Assembly (NCBI GenBank): GCA_965223265.1
Contig: OZ244999.1
Coordinates: 8,928,001 to 8,992,000 of the forward strand
DNA: 64,000 nucleotides
Direction of reading: 5' to 3'
Source: Planctomycetota bacterium
Lineage (GTDB): Bacteria; Planctomycetota; UBA8108; SXIK01
Shown: positions 60,900 to 64,000 of the stretch, piece by piece
How the letters are laid out: each line of letters opens with the position of its first letter
Numbering within the stretch: the first letter of the stretch is position 1
Program-made: the position numbers and the translations under genes
The notes under the pieces: model-generated
The model's input: only the letters and a program-made list of their open reading frames with translations
What the model was told of the DNA's origin: nothing
The model's database searches: none

Positions 60900-62246
60900 A
60901 TGTTCGACGTGGGTGGGTTTTCAGCGACCGATTGCCAGGGCGTTTCGCGGCGCGGGTTTCTCCGCGTCGGCGCGAGCTTGCCGATCGCACTCGGCCTGAA
61001 CTCGTCGTTCGCCCGGCGCCTCGACGCGAGTGCCGGTCGAGCCAAATCAGTCCTGGTGGTGTGGCTTTGGGGTGGTCCGAGCCACCTCGACACGTTCGAC
61101 CCGAAACCCGATGCGCCTCTCGAGGTGCGCGGCCCGTTCGGCACGATCCCAACGCGCGTGCCGGGTGCGCGTTTTAGTGAACTGCTCCCGAAGCTCGCGC
61201 AGAGAAACCATCTCTACTCGCTCGTGCGGAGTAACGTGAACTTCAGCGGTGATCACTTGATCGCGGGGTCGATCGGACTCACGGGCGGCAAGGAAGGACC
61301 CACCGGGCACCCGCCCAACTTTGGATCTGTCGTGGCGCGGCATCGGCCAAGCGATCACATGCCTGCATTCGTCTCGTTGGCGAGTGGACCGATCGGTGAT
61401 GGACGTGGCCCGATGAAGGGGCATGGAGGCGGCAGCTGGGGGCCGGCGTACGACCCGTTGCTGGTGAACTGTTCCGAGGCGGGGCAGGTGGAAATCCCGG
61501 CGCTCAAGCTTCTCGACGGACTCACTCCAGCGCGGCTCGCCGCGCGCCGAACGCTGCTCGCCGATCTCGACGCGACGCGCCGCCGGCTTGATCTGCAGGC
61601 GGAGACGGCGCGTTCGCGCGAGTGGAAGGAGCTGCACGAGCGCGCCTACGCACTACTCGCTGCGCCGGAGGCGCGTCAGGCGTTCGATCTGAGCAGCGAG
61701 TCGCAGCGCCTGCGTGAAGCCTACGGGCACACGTCGTTCGGGCAGAGCTGTCTGCTGGGTCGGCGCTTGGTGGAGGCGGGCGTGCCTTACGTCCAGGTTA
61801 ACTGGAGCCGTTTCGTCGAGGTTCTCTATCCGTTCTCCGATTACGGCTGGGACACGCACGCCGACAACTTCCAGTTGCTCGCCGATTGGCATTGTCCGAT
61901 TCTCGACCGCGCTGTTTCCGCACTCTTCGACGACCTGAGCGATCGAGGCCTTCTCGATTCGACTCTGGTTGTCTGCCTTGGCGAGTTTGGCCGCACGCCG
62001 CGCATCAATCCGATCGGCTCGCGCGACCACTGGCATCCGTGTTACTTTTCGCTGTGGGCCGGTGCTGGCGTGCAGCCCGGGCGTGTGGTCGGTGAGAGCG
62101 ACGCCTACGCGGAGCACCCGGTGAGCGATCCGATCACTCCTGCGACTGTCGGCACAACCATCCTCGAGCTGAGTGGCATCTCTAGTCAGCAGCGTGCCGA
62201 GCTGAAGACCCTTCAAGACGGGCGTGTGATCCATGAGCTGCTGTAG
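60900..62246 (+). CDS. DUF1501 family protein
   Basis: SRRGFL, GGPSHLDTFDPKP, GWDTH, GEFGRTP and RDHW motifs. Confidence 0.92.
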   Translation: MFDVGGFSATDCQGVSRRGFLRVGASLPIALGLNSSFARRLDASAGRAKSVLVVWLWGGPSHLDTFDPKPDAPLEVRGPFGTIPTRVPGARFSELLPKLAQRNHLYSLVRSNVNFSGDHLIAGSIGLTGGKEGPTGHPPNFGSVVARHRPSDHMPAFVSLASGPIGDGRGPMKGHGGGSWGPAYDPLLVNCSEAGQVEIPALKLLDGLTPARLAARRTLLADLDATRRRLDLQAETARSREWKELHERAYALLAAPEARQAFDLSSESQRLREAYGHTSFGQSCLLGRRLVEAGVPYVQVNWSRFVEVLYPFSDYGWDTHADNFQLLADWHCPILDRAVSALFDDLSDRGLLDSTLVVCLGEFGRTPRINPIGSRDHWHPCYFSLWAGAGVQPGRVVGESDAYAEHPVSDPITPATVGTTILELSGISSQQRAELKTLQDGRVIHELL

Positions 62247-63291
62247 TGCGACGCTGCGACTGAGTGGTTGGCGCGGCGCGCTTCGATCGGTTCGGAAGTG
62301 TCTCCGCCTCACGGTCGCCATGGTTTTGGGCCTCTGCGCCGCCGCCTGTCCGCTCGCCGGAGTCTTCGCTGGCGAGCCTGTTGCCGTGACGAGCGATGGT
62401 CTCCTTAAGCTCGCACCTTCTTTCGCCGATGCCGGCGCTGCGATCGTCTACTCAGTGCATGACATCCCAAACCGAGTCACGCTGTTCAAACGCGACCTTG
62501 AAACAGGGGCGATGGAGCGTCTCCTGCCGAATACGGAAAACCACCAATTCGATGCAGAGCTCTCTCCCGACGGTCGTTATCTCGTCTATTCGCGGACGCT
62601 ATCGTCGCCTCAGATGCAGCTGGTCATTTACGACCGCCGCGAAAAGAAGGAGTCCGTCCACAATCCGCGCGGTGCACGCAGTACCATTCGTGGCGCAGTG
62701 GTGACGCCAGACTCCCAGCTGGTCGTCTTCAGCCAATCGGGGCCAGGCGGGCAGCAGATCGTGCGGACGAACATGAAGGCTGAGGAGCTGACGTACTTGA
62801 CGCGGTCGCCGGGGATCAACATCTCTCCGGCTGTCTCTCCGGATGGGCGCGCCGTGGCCTTCAGCTCGAGTCGTGACGGCAACCTTGAAATCTACGTCAT
62901 GAACATTGATGGATCCGAGCAGCGCCGGGTCACGCGCAGTCCGACGCTCGACATGCATCCCGCGTGGTCTCCCGACGGGCGTCGCCTTGCTTTCACCAGC
63001 AGCCGCGACGGCAACTACGAGATCTACGTTGTCACTGTCGCACGCAGCGCCGACGAGGGCGATGGCGAAGCGACCGCGAGCACAAGCGCTGGCAAGACAG
63101 CCTCGCAGCCCGCAGCTGCAGCACCCCCTCTTAAAGCGTTCAATCTCACGCAGCATCCCGAACGCGACGATTTTGCCGTCTGGCACCCCGACGGGCGTCG
63201 CGTGCTCGCGGTGTCTGAGCGGCGCGGTCGATTCGATCTTTATTTGTTCGAAGTGCCTGCGGAGGAGGTGGGAGGCGGGGTGGCGGAATAG
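62233..63291 (+). CDS. TolB-like PD40 beta-propeller protein
   Basis: Repeated SPDGR..AFSSSRDGN.EIYV. Start is uncertain. Confidence 0.85.
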   Translation: MSCCSATLRLSGWRGALRSVRKCLRLTVAMVLGLCAAACPLAGVFAGEPVAVTSDGLLKLAPSFADAGAAIVYSVHDIPNRVTLFKRDLETGAMERLLPNTENHQFDAELSPDGRYLVYSRTLSSPQMQLVIYDRREKKESVHNPRGARSTIRGAVVTPDSQLVVFSQSGPGGQQIVRTNMKAEELTYLTRSPGINISPAVSPDGRAVAFSSSRDGNLEIYVMNIDGSEQRRVTRSPTLDMHPAWSPDGRRLAFTSSRDGNYEIYVVTVARSADEGDGEATASTSAGKTASQPAAAAPPLKAFNLTQHPERDDFAVWHPDGRRVLAVSERRGRFDLYLFEVPAEEVGGGVAE

Positions 63292-63476
63292 AGGCGGAGG
63301 CAGAGGCAGAGGCAGAGGCGGAGACAGAGACAGAGGCAGAGGCGGAGACAGAGGCAGAGGCGGAGACAGAGACAGAGGCAGAGGCGGAGACAGAGGCAGA
63401 GGCAGAGGCGGAGACAGAGGCAGAGGCAGAGGCAGAGGCGGAGACAGAGACAGAGGCAGAGGCAGAGGCGGAGACA
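63291..63476. repeat. 31-unit hexamer tract of GAGGCA/GAGGCG/GAGACA
   Basis: 186 bp in exact 6-bp register, starting at the last base of the upstream stop codon. Confidence 0.95.
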
Positions 63477-63689
63477 TCCTGTCTGCGATTGAAGTGAGCC
63501 ACAAATCCTCTGCGGACGGGCTCGGACACCCTTGTCCTCAGGTTCGATTGGCGGTTGTAGGGCGTCGCGGCGGGCTTCACGTTTGGTGAGGTTTGCCGGT
63601 GTGCCTGTTACTCTACCGCACACGCACACCCGCCCTCGCCCACGTCCTTGTTCCGTCGTCGCCGCCTGTCGCCCCCGTCTGCGGCGCGC

Positions 63690-64000
63690 CTATCTCTGGA
63701 AGAGGAACTCCTGCGAGTTGAGCACGGCCCAGGCGACGTCTTCAAGCGCCTGCAGTCGATCGGCCTGCGACTCGACATAACGCAGGTTCGTCGACAGCTC
63801 CTCATCGCGCGGTGGCCGCGAATAAGCCGCGAGGTAGAGCCTTGTCACGATTTCTCGGTTCGTCCGCCCCGCTCGTTCGAGCTGGCGCAAGCGACTGTCT
63901 GCGTGACGCAGCTTGGAGTGAACAAGGTTGCCGTTGTAGAGCTGCAGCGCTTGGCCGATGCGTGCGTCGCCTGAGCGTTCGCACTCGCAGACCGTTTGGC
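63690..64000 (-). CDS. 3' end of a DUF1553-containing protein (5' end outside window)
   Basis: LYLAAYSRPPRDEE...LEDVAWAVLNSQEFLFQR, a typical DUF1553 C-terminus. Confidence 0.85.
   Translation of the reverse strand, partial: QTVCECERSGDARIGQALQLYNGNLVHSKLRHADSRLRQLERAGRTNREIVTRLYLAAYSRPPRDEELSTNLRYVESQADRLQALEDVAWAVLNSQEFLFQR

Overview
High-GC bacterial DNA with a Planctomycetota signature (DUF1549/DUF1553 plus DUF1501 pairs, dockerin-tailed secreted proteins, an ECF sigma factor with a C-terminal extension). It encodes secreted and signalling proteins (1-17 kb), a Wzm/Wzt surface-polysaccharide cluster (21.8-32.1 kb) and several catabolic genes. No rRNA, tRNA or CRISPR array was recognised. 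The most interesting region is 50.3-54.7 kb. Two convergent 107-aa four-helix-bundle (23S rRNA-IVP/bAvd-like) genes each have a conserved foldback leader, a 3' hairpin and neighbouring hexamer-repeat tracts. The leader has the geometry of a single-stranded-DNA (Frpo-type) promoter: -35 in a stem, -10 in a 13-14 nt pre-melted bubble, and a head with two GNA mini-hairpins. A gene-less partial copy with tracts lies at 26.3-26.6 kb and a possible decayed one at 63.3-63.7 kb. A large-serine-recombinase element interrupts the second leader, and its predicted excised circle would rejoin a split gene in frame. All assignments come from reading motifs by eye; no database search was run.
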